Of a stretch of DNA of 64,000 bases, positions 47,323 through 56,415 are shown in pieces. Origin of the DNA: a virus (Duplodnaviria; Caudoviricetes); the IMG/VR virus record IMGVR_UViG_3300037313_001869, positions 1-64,000 of that record. One strand, 5' to 3'. A program made the translations under genes and the position numbers. The stretch's first letter is position 1. Each line of letters starts with the position of its first letter. Under the pieces are notes generated by a model that had not been told where the DNA came from, searched no databases, and saw only the letters and a list, made by a program, of their open reading frames with translations.

Positions 47323-49458
47323 TCACTCCGGGCCGTTGCCGACCTGCCGGTGGTACTTGCGGCAGATGAGAGCGGCCAGCTCCCACTGCTTCTCGGTCCA
47401 CCCGTACACCGAGTCGGCCGCGAGCCGGTGACCGCGGATCGTGTCGCCGCCGTCGAAACCCATGTCGTTCTTGGTGCCGGCGTGGTCGGGGTCGAGGTGG
47501 GCGAGGAGGCGGAGCGACTCGACCATCCACATCTCGCGGGGGTTCTGCGGAGCACGGCGGACAGGCACGTCCGCCGACGGGGCCGACGACACCTCGGGGG
47601 TGAGGAACTCGCCCCGGGCCCGCTTCGCCTCGAAGAAGCGGCGGCGCTCTTCGGCCTCGGCCCTCGCCTTGTCGGCTGCCGCTGCCTGCTCCTCGGCCGC
47701 CCGGGCGAGCGCCTCGAAGTCGATCTCGGGCACCGACGCCGTGGGCATCACATTGGTGGCGCTGTCGACCGAGGCCGCGATGAGCGCCTGCTTCTGGGTG
47801 AGAAGCTCCGAGACCCTCTCATCGATCGGGTGATCAGCGACCAGGTTGTAGACCACGACGCCGTTGGTCTGGCCGATGCGGCAGCAGCGGTCTTCCGCCT
47901 GGCTGTTGAGGGCCGGAGTCCACTCGCGGTCGACGAAGATTTCGATGTGAGCCCTCGTGAGGGTGATCGCGACGCCCATCGCCTTGATGGTGCCGGCGAC
48001 GCCCCGGAGCCTGCCGTTCTGGAAGGCTTCCTCGATCGCCGTCCGCTCTTCGGGCTTGGTGTCGCCCGTGATGACGGCCCAGCCCTCACGGCCCTTGAAC
48101 ATGTCGACCGGCTCCCGGTGCGCCGAGAAGACCACGATGGGCTCGTCCTGCTCCTCGTAGCCCTCGACCATTTCGAGCAGGGCGCCCATCTTGCACTTGG
48201 CGAGGGCCGCCCGCATGGCGGACATTTGCTCGAAGGCCGCCATGGTCTTCGGCAGGCCCTTCGAGAGGTCGATGCCCATCTCGGCGAGAGCCTTCGCGGT
48301 CTTCTCGCAGAGCTTCCGGGTCTTGGAGTCGATCTCGACCGTGATCGTGCTCCAGCTCTTCGTCGGCAGCTCGGGCAGGACCTCCGAACGGAGCCTGCGG
48401 AGAATGACCCGGCGGAGCCTGTCGGCCACCTCGGGCTTGGGCGTGCCCCAGACCATGCCGCCCCACGAGTCCTGGTGGCCGTTGAACAGCTCGACGAACT
48501 GCCGGTAGGAGCCGAACGCCTCGCGGGCGAGGTCCCCGGCCTGGAGGATGTTCCACAGCTCTTGCGGCTTGTTCAGCATGGGCGTGGCCGTGAGCATCCA
48601 CACCCGGCCGCCGGCCTCCCTCGCTGCCTCCGACAGGGCCCGGAAGCGGATCGTGCGCTGGGTCTTCGAGCCCTTGATGACGTGGGACTCGTCCGAGAGC
48701 AGGCAGAGGCCCGCGGGGGCCGGGCCCACCTCGGTCGGGAGGATGTCGTAGTTGATGATGACCAGCTCGCCCGGCTCGGGGTGGCGGTAGCTACCGCGGC
48801 CTGAGAGGACCGTGACGCGGAAGTCGGGGCGCCACTTCTGGGCCTCGCGGGCCCAGACGCCCTTCGCGACAGCCGGAGCCACGACCACGACCGGTACGCC
48901 CTCGGGCAAGCTGGTGAGGGCCTGGATCGTCTTACCGAGACCCATCTCGTCGCTCAGCATCGCGCCCGAACGGCCGGCGAGCCAGGCGATGCCCTTCTTC
49001 TGGAAGGGGAAGAGGGCGAGGTTACGGGCCCGGAGCCTCGCGTCGACCTCGGCCGCCCTCTCGTAGGCGCTCTCGACCGACTCGCGCATCGATTCGACCG
49101 TGGCCGAGAGGGTCGCGGCGAGTGACGGGGGCATGTCCACCACGAAGCCGGCCTCGTGCAGCTTGGCCACGATCGCCGGGGTCTTGGCGAGGGGCGCGAC
49201 CTGGCACTTGCGAATGCCGTCGTATTTAGCCCCCTCGCACGCCGCCCGGTAGGCGTCGAACTGGTCGTTCAGGTAGCCCGTCGGCTTGATGACGACGTTC
49301 GCCCCCTCCTGGGTGAGCTGGATCTTGACGGCCGGGGCTTCGCCCGAGCACTTCTGGCACGTCACCTTCCAGGCGCCGTTCTCCTTGGCGAGCGAGCCCT
49401 CGCCAGCGGCGACGTTGTTTCCACAGACCTTGCAGGGGGCAGGCATACGGTTCTTCAT
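47323..49458 (-). CDS. SNF2-family (SMARCAL1/HARP-like) helicase
   Basis: DEMGLGKT, DESH, LTATP, QAEDRCCRIGQ; N-terminal CxxC..CxxC; own promoter motif and SD. Confidence 0.9.
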   Translation of the reverse strand: MKNRMPAPCKVCGNNVAAGEGSLAKENGAWKVTCQKCSGEAPAVKIQLTQEGANVVIKPTGYLNDQFDAYRAACEGAKYDGIRKCQVAPLAKTPAIVAKLHEAGFVVDMPPSLAATLSATVESMRESVESAYERAAEVDARLRARNLALFPFQKKGIAWLAGRSGAMLSDEMGLGKTIQALTSLPEGVPVVVVAPAVAKGVWAREAQKWRPDFRVTVLSGRGSYRHPEPGELVIINYDILPTEVGPAPAGLCLLSDESHVIKGSKTQRTIRFRALSEAAREAGGRVWMLTATPMLNKPQELWNILQAGDLAREAFGSYRQFVELFNGHQDSWGGMVWGTPKPEVADRLRRVILRRLRSEVLPELPTKSWSTITVEIDSKTRKLCEKTAKALAEMGIDLSKGLPKTMAAFEQMSAMRAALAKCKMGALLEMVEGYEEQDEPIVVFSAHREPVDMFKGREGWAVITGDTKPEERTAIEEAFQNGRLRGVAGTIKAMGVAITLTRAHIEIFVDREWTPALNSQAEDRCCRIGQTNGVVVYNLVADHPIDERVSELLTQKQALIAASVDSATNVMPTASVPEIDFEALARAAEEQAAAADKARAEAEERRRFFEAKRARGEFLTPEVSSAPSADVPVRRAPQNPREMWMVESLRLLAHLDPDHAGTKNDMGFDGGDTIRGHRLAADSVYGWTEKQWELAALICRKYHRQVGNGPE

Positions 49459-49466
49459 GGTTTCCT

Positions 49467-49495
49467 CTGGACGATCGAGCGGACCGTCTTTTTCC
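49467..49495 (-). promoter_or_regulatory. GGAAAA-N16-CGTCCAG promoter-like element
   Basis: 8 nt before helicase ATG; lies downstream of the TTA at 49527. Confidence 0.7.
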
Positions 49496-49524
49496 AAGAA
49501 TGCGAAGCCGTCTCCGTTCTGACG

Positions 49525-49809
49525 TAACTTCGGGTCGTCCTGGTCGATCAGGTCTTCGAGGATCGCGATGACCATGCGTTCGTATCGGCCGACCTCCTCC
49601 CGATGCAGCAGCTCGATCACCGGGAGCTTGCGCTTGCGCTCCTCGATCGTGTCGCGGGCCGTGAACGAGAGGAGGGGGTTTGGGCTGTAGTCGGCCGTCG
49701 GGGTCGTGACGGCCAGGATCTCAGCCTCGCCCGACTCGACGAACATGCCGAGGGAAGAGCAGGCGTCCTTCAGGTGCCAGAACAGCTCGGATGCCTCGGC
49801 CTTGGTCAC
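49525..49809 (-). CDS. hypothetical protein (94 aa if TTA is a stop)
   Basis: GTGA overlap; in-frame TTA after DQDDPK. Confidence 0.7.
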
Positions 49810-50012
49810 TTGGTGACCTCGGAAGAGGGGGCGGCCCCCTTCTCCTTCTCAAGCACCTCTTTCAGGTGCCAACGGTACTCCTGCCGGACCATGGCTTGGG
49901 TCGAGCACGACTCTTCCCAGCCGCACTCACAACGGCCGGTCGACGACCGCTCCGAGAGCTTGCGCTCTGTCCCGGGGGTCAGGTCGAGTTTGTGGCCTTT
50001 CAGGCGCATCAC
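49806..50012 (-). CDS. small Zn-finger-like protein
   Basis: GH..CECGW..HL. Confidence 0.7.
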   Translation of the reverse strand: MMRLKGHKLDLTPGTERKLSERSSTGRCECGWEESCSTQAMVRQEYRWHLKEVLEKEKGAAPSSEVTK

Positions 50013-50200
50013 TTCATCCCCCAGCGCTTGCGCACCTCGGCCGGCGTGGCCCGGCCCGCGTGCAGGTCTTCGATGTCCTGGGGAGGGCCGCTGGCGACGA
50101 CCACGCTTCCCACCATCTCCCCGTCCCAGATCACCTCGACGATCAGCCGGGCCTTGTGCTCGCTCAGGCGGTCGACTTTCGTGTTTGTCGTGACGTTCAT
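50009..50200 (-). CDS. small hypothetical protein
   Basis: Coupled in minus operon. Confidence 0.7.
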   Translation of the reverse strand: MNVTTNTKVDRLSEHKARLIVEVIWDGEMVGSVVVASGPPQDIEDLHAGRATPAEVRKRWGMK

Positions 50201-50211
50201 GACGTAGCCTT

Positions 50212-50697
50212 TCAGTTGGTGAAGACGAAGCCGAGATCGGCCAGGTCGTCGAAATCGACGGGTTCGCTCGCCTTCAGGAGAGCGAGGTCTTCCTGGGCCT
50301 CTTTCACCGTGGCGTAGAACTTCGAGTAGCTCACGTCGTCGTTGCCGCAGAGGTAGAGGCAGACAGGCGTAGCCGAGGTGACAGCGTGGATGCCCGTGGG
50401 GGCCGAATGCCGGGCCTTGCGCTTCTTGCCGGGGGTATCCCGGTAGATGCTGCGCCGGGCCCGATCGGCGCTCTTGCGGTAGTAGTCGTCGTTCCGCCGG
50501 GGCAGGTCGGTACCCGTGTAGTCCGTCAGCTTGAAGAAGGCGTAGTCCCCCGGGAAGGGCCCGCCCCAGCTCGCAGCGCCCTCGCCGAAGCGGAGCATTC
50601 CGGTCTCGATGACGCCCTTTCCGTAGGTGAGACCGAGCCTCGTCAGGTAGTCCCGGTACTCATCGCCGTGGGCTTGGAGGTATTCGAGGATCGTCAT
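50212..50697 (-). CDS. hypothetical protein
   Basis: GNDD.SYSK..LGF.FTN. Confidence 0.8.
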   Translation of the reverse strand: MTILEYLQAHGDEYRDYLTRLGLTYGKGVIETGMLRFGEGAASWGGPFPGDYAFFKLTDYTGTDLPRRNDDYYRKSADRARRSIYRDTPGKKRKARHSAPTGIHAVTSATPVCLYLCGNDDVSYSKFYATVKEAQEDLALLKASEPVDFDDLADLGFVFTN

Positions 50698-50700
50698 GGG

Positions 50701-51012
50701 TCAGCCCATCCCGAAGCAAAGGACGCCCTTGGCCCACTCGGGGGCCTCATCGAGCGCCGTGATCGTGTAGTTTCCGTCCGGGTCTTCCTCGGCCTTGAAC
50801 CACCACGCCTCGGCCTCGGGCAGGATGCCGGCCATGATGCCGGGCGGCACCTTCTCGATGACCGCGTGGGTGTAGGTGTTCGACTCGAAGAAGAGGTCGG
50901 CGCCCTCGCCGCTGATGGCCGCAACGGCCTCTTCTTTCGTGGGGTACCAGCCCCAGCAGCGCGTATCGGCAGCCGTGTTGAGGGCCGTGACCGTGTAGAT
51001 GGCTGAGATCAT
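50701..51012 (-). CDS. hypothetical phage protein
   Basis: RCWGWY..DLFFE..Y..AVIEK..PG; ATGA overlap. Confidence 0.8.
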   Translation of the reverse strand: MISAIYTVTALNTAADTRCWGWYPTKEEAVAAISGEGADLFFESNTYTHAVIEKVPPGIMAGILPEAEAWWFKAEEDPDGNYTITALDEAPEWAKGVLCFGMG

Positions 51013-51314
51013 GGTTTCTGTTGTTCCCGCTCTTCTTCGAGGATGGCTTCGTGCTCGGCAGCCCGGCGTTCCACGTCCGCAACCTCTTCGGGCGACTTGG
51101 GCCAGGCGATCATGGGGTGTCCGGCCGCCTCGTTGGCGGCCCAGTACCGGCGGATCTCGTAGGCGTCGACCAGCGCCCGGCTGTACGTGTAGGCGTTCCA
51201 GGGGCAGTAGCGGCACGAGAGACCGTCGAGACCCCTCGCTCGCAGGTGATGACGTACGCCCTTCTTCTTGCAATCGGGGCATACGTCGTAGGGCCGGTGA
51301 TGGTAGGCGGTCAC
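51009..51314 (-). CDS. Zn-ribbon-like protein
   Basis: CPDC..CRYC; GTGA overlap. Confidence 0.75.
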   Translation of the reverse strand: MTAYHHRPYDVCPDCKKKGVRHHLRARGLDGLSCRYCPWNAYTYSRALVDAYEIRRYWAANEAAGHPMIAWPKSPEEVADVERRAAEHEAILEEEREQQKP

Positions 51315-51526
51315 GCCCGCTCCTTGCGCCACTTGCGGAAGTCCTTCAGCCGGTCGAGGTTCAGGATCGTCTCTTTGCGGGCTAGGAAGAAGTCCCGGCC
51401 CCGGGCGAAGAGGTAGGGCAGAGCCGCCTCGGTTTGCGCGATCATCGCGTCCAGCTCCTCGTCGGTGAGCCCGTCGCCCCTTCCGAACTTCTCCCATGCT
51501 TCGTTCATCTGCGTTTCGGTCAGCAT
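51311..51526 (-). CDS. small hypothetical protein
   Basis: GAGGAG SD; promoter motif upstream. Confidence 0.8.
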   Translation of the reverse strand: MLTETQMNEAWEKFGRGDGLTDEELDAMIAQTEAALPYLFARGRDFFLARKETILNLDRLKDFRKWRKERA

Positions 51527-51546
51527 TTCGTTTCTCCTCTCGCAGC

Positions 51547-51575
51547 CTAGACGTTTCAGGTCTTCTCTTTTTTCC
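51547..51575 (-). promoter_or_regulatory. GGAAAA-N16-CGTCTAG promoter-like element
   Basis: Exact 16-nt spacer. Confidence 0.65.
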
Positions 51576-51903
51576 CGCGACGGTGCCGAGGAACGTACGG
51601 GCCCCCAGGCAAGAGCTTGGCGAGCACCTCCGGGGCAAGCTCAACGCTGCCCGGGCGCCGTTCGAGGTTGAGCTTTCCCTCGGCCGCCGTGCAGCGCAGG
51701 CAGTCGACCGGATCGGCCAGCCCTTCGGCCGAAACGAGCGACTTGACGCCGCAGAGGGTCCGGGTCTCGCCCAGCACGAGCGAGCGGTTGCGGGTCGGGA
51801 CGACGGCCAGGTGGATGACCTCACCCCCGACCGTCGAGACCTTGGCGAGGTAGCCCTTGGCTTCGGTGTTTTCGCGATCGAGGGGTTTAGGAGAGGGGGT
51901 CAT
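51556..51903 (-). CDS. small Cys/His protein
   Basis: H..TLCG..CLRC; GGTGTC upstream. Confidence 0.75.
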   Translation of the reverse strand: MTPSPKPLDRENTEAKGYLAKVSTVGGEVIHLAVVPTRNRSLVLGETRTLCGVKSLVSAEGLADPVDCLRCTAAEGKLNLERRPGSVELAPEVLAKLLPGGPYVPRHRRGKKEKT

Positions 51904-51926
51904 GGCCCCCTCTCAGACACCGCGCC

Positions 51927-52775
51927 TCACCAGTGCAGGTGGATGTTGCCGTTCGAGAAGGTGTCGCCGATCCCGAGGAGCTTGACGACATCGGCAAGAT
52001 TCTGCGCCTTGAAGACTTCGAGCGTGCCGTAGTAGTTCGGCGAGTTGCGGATCTTCTTGGAGAGCTTGTAGGCCGCCTCACGCTGGGCCGGCGTGAGCTT
52101 GCCGCCCTCGACCTGCGCGGCCAGCTTCTTCAGGTCCTCGGCGAAGCCCTCGGCCATGGCCTTGTACTTGGCTTCCCTGGCGTCCTTCTTGGCCTGCTTG
52201 GCGTCCCGCTTGGCCTTCGCCTCGGCCGCCTTCGCGTCCCTCTTCGCCTGAGCCTCGGCCTTGGTCTGGGCGATGACCTCTTCGGTCACCTCGCGCAGAG
52301 GGCGAAGCTCCCACTTGGCCACGAGACCGTCGAGGCGCTCGACCTCGCGCCGCTGGCTCTTGGCGCTCCACTCGACCTGACGAATGGCCGATTCGAGTTC
52401 CCTGGCGTACTCCCAGTTCTCGTTGCCGGCCGCGTCGAACCGAGGCAGCTCGACATCGATCATCTCGGGGTCGCGAGCCCACACCTTCTCGCCCGGGGCC
52501 CGGCGCTTGACCGTGAGCGTCGCAGGACGGGCCTGGAGCTTGGCGAGCACCTCTTCCGTGTGCTTGAGAACCTGGACCATCATGGCCCGGTACTCATTCG
52601 TCGCCGTGAGCGACCGCTCGTAGGGTTCGTAGCCCACGGCGTAGCAGTCGCCCTCGATGGAGCCGTGGCCCGGGCGACGGTAGCCGTGGTGGACGAGCCG
52701 GCCGTCCTGGATCTTGTGATCCTGCTCGCACACGCCGCACATCCCGAGGGTCCCGATCCGAAGTTTGGTTGCCAT
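51927..52775 (-). CDS. hypothetical protein with N-terminal Zn-binding motif and coiled coil
   Basis: CGVC..HHGY.RPG..C..PYE; Ala/Lys-rich helix. Confidence 0.85.
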   Translation of the reverse strand: MATKLRIGTLGMCGVCEQDHKIQDGRLVHHGYRRPGHGSIEGDCYAVGYEPYERSLTATNEYRAMMVQVLKHTEEVLAKLQARPATLTVKRRAPGEKVWARDPEMIDVELPRFDAAGNENWEYARELESAIRQVEWSAKSQRREVERLDGLVAKWELRPLREVTEEVIAQTKAEAQAKRDAKAAEAKAKRDAKQAKKDAREAKYKAMAEGFAEDLKKLAAQVEGGKLTPAQREAAYKLSKKIRNSPNYYGTLEVFKAQNLADVVKLLGIGDTFSNGNIHLHW

Positions 52776-52780
52776 GGGCG

Positions 52781-52809
52781 CTAGACGATCGAGAGCGGGC
52801 GGATTTTCC
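52781..52809 (-). promoter_or_regulatory. GGAAAA-N16-CGTCTAG promoter-like element
   Basis: 5 nt before ATG 52775. Confidence 0.7.
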
Positions 52810-52817
52810 GAAAAAGC

Positions 52818-53063
52818 TCAGAGGGCTTCGGGGCGGTCGAACCGGGCCGGCACGGGCTCGAACTGGTAGACCTCGTGAAAGCCGAACCTCAACCACTTCT
52901 CCCGGCCGGGCTCCCGCACATGGAACGTCTCGGCCTCGGGGTCGACCCGGGCGACGAAGAGCCGCCGATCCGGCGAGTCCCTCCAACGCAGCTCGTTGTC
53001 GAGGACAAGCCAGGTCGGCGGCTTCCAGTCAGGGAAGGCTTCGCGTAGGGGCCTACGCGACAT
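52818..53063 (-). CDS. family E small protein, RF tag
   Basis: PPTWL; ends PARFDRPEAL*. Confidence 0.8.
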   Translation of the reverse strand: MSRRPLREAFPDWKPPTWLVLDNELRWRDSPDRRLFVARVDPEAETFHVREPGREKWLRFGFHEVYQFEPVPARFDRPEAL

Positions 53064-53065
53064 CG

Positions 53066-53284
53066 CTAGTTCATCCGGCGCCGGGCGGCGGCGGCGGTCT
53101 CTTTGATATGTGCCTCGAACTGATCGAGCAGCTCGGTCGAGGGCTTCTGGCCATCGAGCCGGAGCACGATTCCGTTCGGGACCAAGAAGACCTCGACCCG
53201 GTAGGGGGCGACGCCCCAGACCTTGGCGGCTTGCTTGCGACAGGCTTCTTGCTTCGCGATCAGGATTTCCTGGGTGTTCGACAT
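53066..53284 (-). CDS. small hypothetical protein
   Basis: GGAGG SD; GGAAAA-N16-CGTCC at 53323-53295. Confidence 0.75.
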   Translation of the reverse strand: MSNTQEILIAKQEACRKQAAKVWGVAPYRVEVFLVPNGIVLRLDGQKPSTELLDQFEAHIKETAAAARRRMN

Positions 53285-53333
53285 GGTTACCTCCAAGGAC
53301 GGTTGAGAGGCCGTCGATTTTCCGGCAAGATAA

Positions 53334-53867
53334 TCACTCCTGCTCGATGTACGTACCCCAGCGGGTGATGCGGGAGAAGACCACGTTGTGGAGGTACCGG
53401 GCGGCGACCTCGGGCTTTTTCTCGGCAAAAGCCCGCCGGATGGCGCTGCTCGACACGTCGCCGATACGGTTGACGAAGTGTGGGGTGGCGACCTCGCACA
53501 GCTCCTTCCACCCCTCCCACCGTGGGGCGGAGTCCCGGAGGTCGGAGCCGAGAAGGAAGAGAAACTCCGCTCCTGCGTAGCTCGGCTGAGCCCTCAGGTG
53601 CCGGACCACCCGGTGCGAAAGATGGGCCCCCGGTACCTCTGATTCGACACTCGAAACGGTTGTGAGCGGGAGGCTGTCGAAGGCCAACTTACACATGACC
53701 ATCCGATCGAAGAACGGCGAGAGCGTCTTCTTTTCGGCGTGCTCGAAGCAGGGCACGACAAGAACTTCGGTTACTGAAGGCTCGTTCAGTAGAAGCTGGG
53801 TGACCACGGCCGTGTGACCGAGGTGGGGGGGATCGAAGCTGCCTCCGTAGATCGCGATCTTGCGCAT
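53334..53867 (-). CDS. nadD: nicotinate/nicotinamide mononucleotide adenylyltransferase
   Basis: YGGSFDPPHLGH, R..M..LA, FLLGSD..W, VSSSAIR. Confidence 0.85.
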   Translation of the reverse strand: MRKIAIYGGSFDPPHLGHTAVVTQLLLNEPSVTEVLVVPCFEHAEKKTLSPFFDRMVMCKLAFDSLPLTTVSSVESEVPGAHLSHRVVRHLRAQPSYAGAEFLFLLGSDLRDSAPRWEGWKELCEVATPHFVNRIGDVSSSAIRRAFAEKKPEVAARYLHNVVFSRITRWGTYIEQE

Positions 53868-53920
53868 GGCCTTGGAGTACACCTCTCGTGAAGAGCTTGC
53901 AGAAAGGTTCGTGAGTAGGT

Positions 53921-54397
53921 ATGGTCCGAACCGACGCTCGACTGGCCCAGACTGGCCGTCTCCGTCCTGAAAAAACCATGCGGATTTACTACCCCGTCGA
54001 GGGGCCGGGGTGCCGCGTTGTCGTGAGCCAAGGCTTCATCGAGGGCTTTTGCGACGACCACCCCGGCTCCAGGCTCCAAGGTCTCGAAGGTATGCAGGTC
54101 TTCTTTGACGGCGATCTGCACATCACGAAGCTCCAGTTCCGTAACGGCACCCTTCGCCAGTGGGAGGGCCCGGACCTGGTCAGCCTCGTCAAGATGGCCC
54201 GGGAGATGGCGAGCGAACAGCCGAAGAAGGCGTCGGGCGAGCGGCCCGCGATCCGGCTCGAACCGGAGGCGCCTGCGGCCCCTCCCGAGGCTTCGTTGCC
54301 CCCGCTGCCCCCTCCGGTTGCGACGGCCCCCAAGACCGAGAGTGTCGGCCGCTACGTGGTCATCCGGAGGCGGGCAGGGTCATCGACTCGCGCGTGA
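53921..54397 (+). CDS. hypothetical protein
   Basis: GC3 bias; start 53921 or 53978. Confidence 0.7.
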   Translation: MVRTDARLAQTGRLRPEKTMRIYYPVEGPGCRVVVSQGFIEGFCDDHPGSRLQGLEGMQVFFDGDLHITKLQFRNGTLRQWEGPDLVSLVKMAREMASEQPKKASGERPAIRLEPEAPAAPPEASLPPLPPPVATAPKTESVGRYVVIRRRAGSSTRA

Positions 54398-54890
54398 CCT
54401 CGGTAGCTTCGGGGGTCAGGAGCTTTTGCAATGCCAGGAGCACGTCCTTGTCCCTTGCGCCCCGTACGTGCCAGAGCCGTGAAGAGAGGCTCTTGCCGCG
54501 CCAGGTTGCGGTCTTGACGGGGTCGGACCACGTAAGGCGCGCTTCGTAGCTGTGACCGAAGCGAAGGACTTCGAGGCGGGCTCCCTGGGCGAGGTACCGT
54601 TCGAGGTCTCCGCCCTCCCCGCCAATCCGGCTTGGCTCCCCATCGGAGAGGGCCGAGAGCCCGTTTGCGATCGTGCTCGCGGTGGCCGTCCGCATGGGCA
54701 GCTTCTCGGCGCTTGTGAGCGTCAGGAGAAGCTGCCCCTCGTGCTGGACGACCTCGACCCTACCCGCCTGGTCAAGAGCCTCGTAGAGCCCTTCTAGCTC
54801 GCGCCGGTAGAGGCGCTCGAACCGGTCTGGGCTCGTGGACGGCCCTGGCAAGTCGATGTCGAGATCGTGGTCGTAGCGGTTCTCGGGCAC
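54360..54890 (-). CDS. hypothetical protein with two N-terminal tag-like motifs
   Basis: ENRYDHD and PDRFERL in first 27 aa; GGTGTC upstream. Confidence 0.7.
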   Translation of the reverse strand: MPENRYDHDLDIDLPGPSTSPDRFERLYRRELEGLYEALDQAGRVEVVQHEGQLLLTLTSAEKLPMRTATASTIANGLSALSDGEPSRIGGEGGDLERYLAQGARLEVLRFGHSYEARLTWSDPVKTATWRGKSLSSRLWHVRGARDKDVLLALQKLLTPEATEVTRESMTLPASG

Positions 54891-54897
54891 GCCGATC

Positions 54898-55362
54898 TAA
54901 GACACCGCCTTCGTCGTCGTCCTCTTCACCCTCGGCGCTGGCTTCGCCCTCTTCGCCCTCACTTCCGCTGTTCTCGCCGGCCATGTTGAGATCGTCGAGG
55001 TCTTGCAGAAGTTCGAGAACGTGTCCGACGCCCTGCTCGTCTCGCCACATGCCCACCCACCCGACGAGGGGCACGTCGCCGCAGTCGCACTCACACATGA
55101 CGTTCTCGTCGAGGGCGAACTCGGTCTCGGCCCGGACGAAGAGAAAGGTACGGACGAGGTTGCCGTGCTTGCCGTCCTGGCAAGGCAGCATGGCCCAGAG
55201 AACGATTTTGCCCGGCTTCGACTTGTCGTCGATGTTGAAGATTTGAGCCCCGAAGGGCAGCTCCATGATCACGCGCTGGGTATCGAGGCCGACTTCGATC
55301 CCCTTGATGATGTAGCGGGGAGGGGCGAACGGGAGGTGCTCGATCGAGTGGTTGTCGCTCAC
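54898..55362 (-). CDS. hypothetical protein with acidic tail (154 aa if TTA is a stop)
   Basis: LPFGAQI..LWA..R.F; acidic tail followed by in-frame TTA; next gene starts 7 nt later. Confidence 0.75.
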
Positions 55363-55476
55363 GGATGGGCGCTCCTTGGTCTACCGAGAGCCCGGGCAAA
55401 GGAGCATTCTCGATGGGCGAGGGTCGGGCTTGCTGGCAGGCGGACCCGCGAAGATCCGGTGTAGTACGCGATCACC

Positions 55477-56415
55477 ATGCCCCGTCCGACCAACATGCCC
55501 TGCTGGGCTGTCGAAGGCGCTACCATCGAGCCGGCCTCGAACCAGGCTCAACTTCGGAACGACCACGGCCGGATCGTCTCGGCCAAACTCTATGCCGCCG
55601 AGCATCCTGGGATGGCCCTCGTGATCGACGCGGTTACCGACGAAAACCTCATCGTCCGCGTGGGCTCAAAGACCTTCACGGTGGCTTACGACACCGCCTT
55701 CTCGACGAGCTGGCGGCTCGTGGGGACCGTGCCCGAGCGGGTCCAGCCCCCGAGCTGGCTTCGCACCGGGATGGCCATTCGCTACCAGGGGGCGGCCGAG
55801 GGGCCCGCTGTCTTGCACAACGTGGGCGAGATTCGCTTGCGGGGCACGTTCCGTAACCGCTTCGGGGTCGAGCGGATCACCCGGCAGTACGTCGAGGTGA
55901 TCAACGCCGACATCGCTGGCAGTCTGCGGGCCCCTCTGACGGCCGATTTCGCGGTCAACTGGGGCCCCTGCGTCGGAGACGGTACCGCCCCGGCCCCTGC
56001 CTGGCTCCAGGAGGGCTCGTACGTGCGGCCGAAGGACAACGACGGCCAGCCGCTCAACACCTACTCGTTCCTGGTCACCGAGGTGGCGACCACGTTCTTC
56101 CGGGCGCAGCCGGTCTACAACCACGGCGTACTCGGTCCGGCCATTCAGTTCCCCATGGGGACGGCCGAGGATGCTTGGGTGCTCGCTCCCGACGACCCGA
56201 AGACGCGCCGCGACTACAAGCCTGGCATGGTCCTGCGTAGCCGGCGGACCGGGGAACTCGTCGAGATCAAGACCATCGACCCCGGCACGGGCGCCTTTAC
56301 CGTGGGCAGTCTCCGCCAGCAAATCCGTACACTTACTCCTGGGGAAGGGGAGTTCGTCCTTCAGGAGGACCAACCGGTGGAGAACGTGCCCGACCGCTTC
56401 GGGAGGATCGAGTAG
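55477..56415 (+). CDS. family E multi-repeat protein, RF tag
   Basis: PCWAVEG, PSWLRTG, PAWLQEG repeats; PDRFGRIE*. Confidence 0.85.
   Translation: MPRPTNMPCWAVEGATIEPASNQAQLRNDHGRIVSAKLYAAEHPGMALVIDAVTDENLIVRVGSKTFTVAYDTAFSTSWRLVGTVPERVQPPSWLRTGMAIRYQGAAEGPAVLHNVGEIRLRGTFRNRFGVERITRQYVEVINADIAGSLRAPLTADFAVNWGPCVGDGTAPAPAWLQEGSYVRPKDNDGQPLNTYSFLVTEVATTFFRAQPVYNHGVLGPAIQFPMGTAEDAWVLAPDDPKTRRDYKPGMVLRSRRTGELVEIKTIDPGTGAFTVGSLRQQIRTLTPGEGEFVLQEDQPVENVPDRFGRIE

Noticed and set aside
43772-48804. Long plus-strand ORFs (675 aa, 515 aa) and similar shadows such as 4482-5834 and 31083-32399
   Set aside because: Antisense shadows of motif-bearing genes, expected at high GC
47323-49809. 828-aa helicase with N-terminal extension; likewise the 601-aa AAA ORF at 57757-59562
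   Set aside because: Internal promoter/SD/ATG after an in-frame TTA indicates two genes
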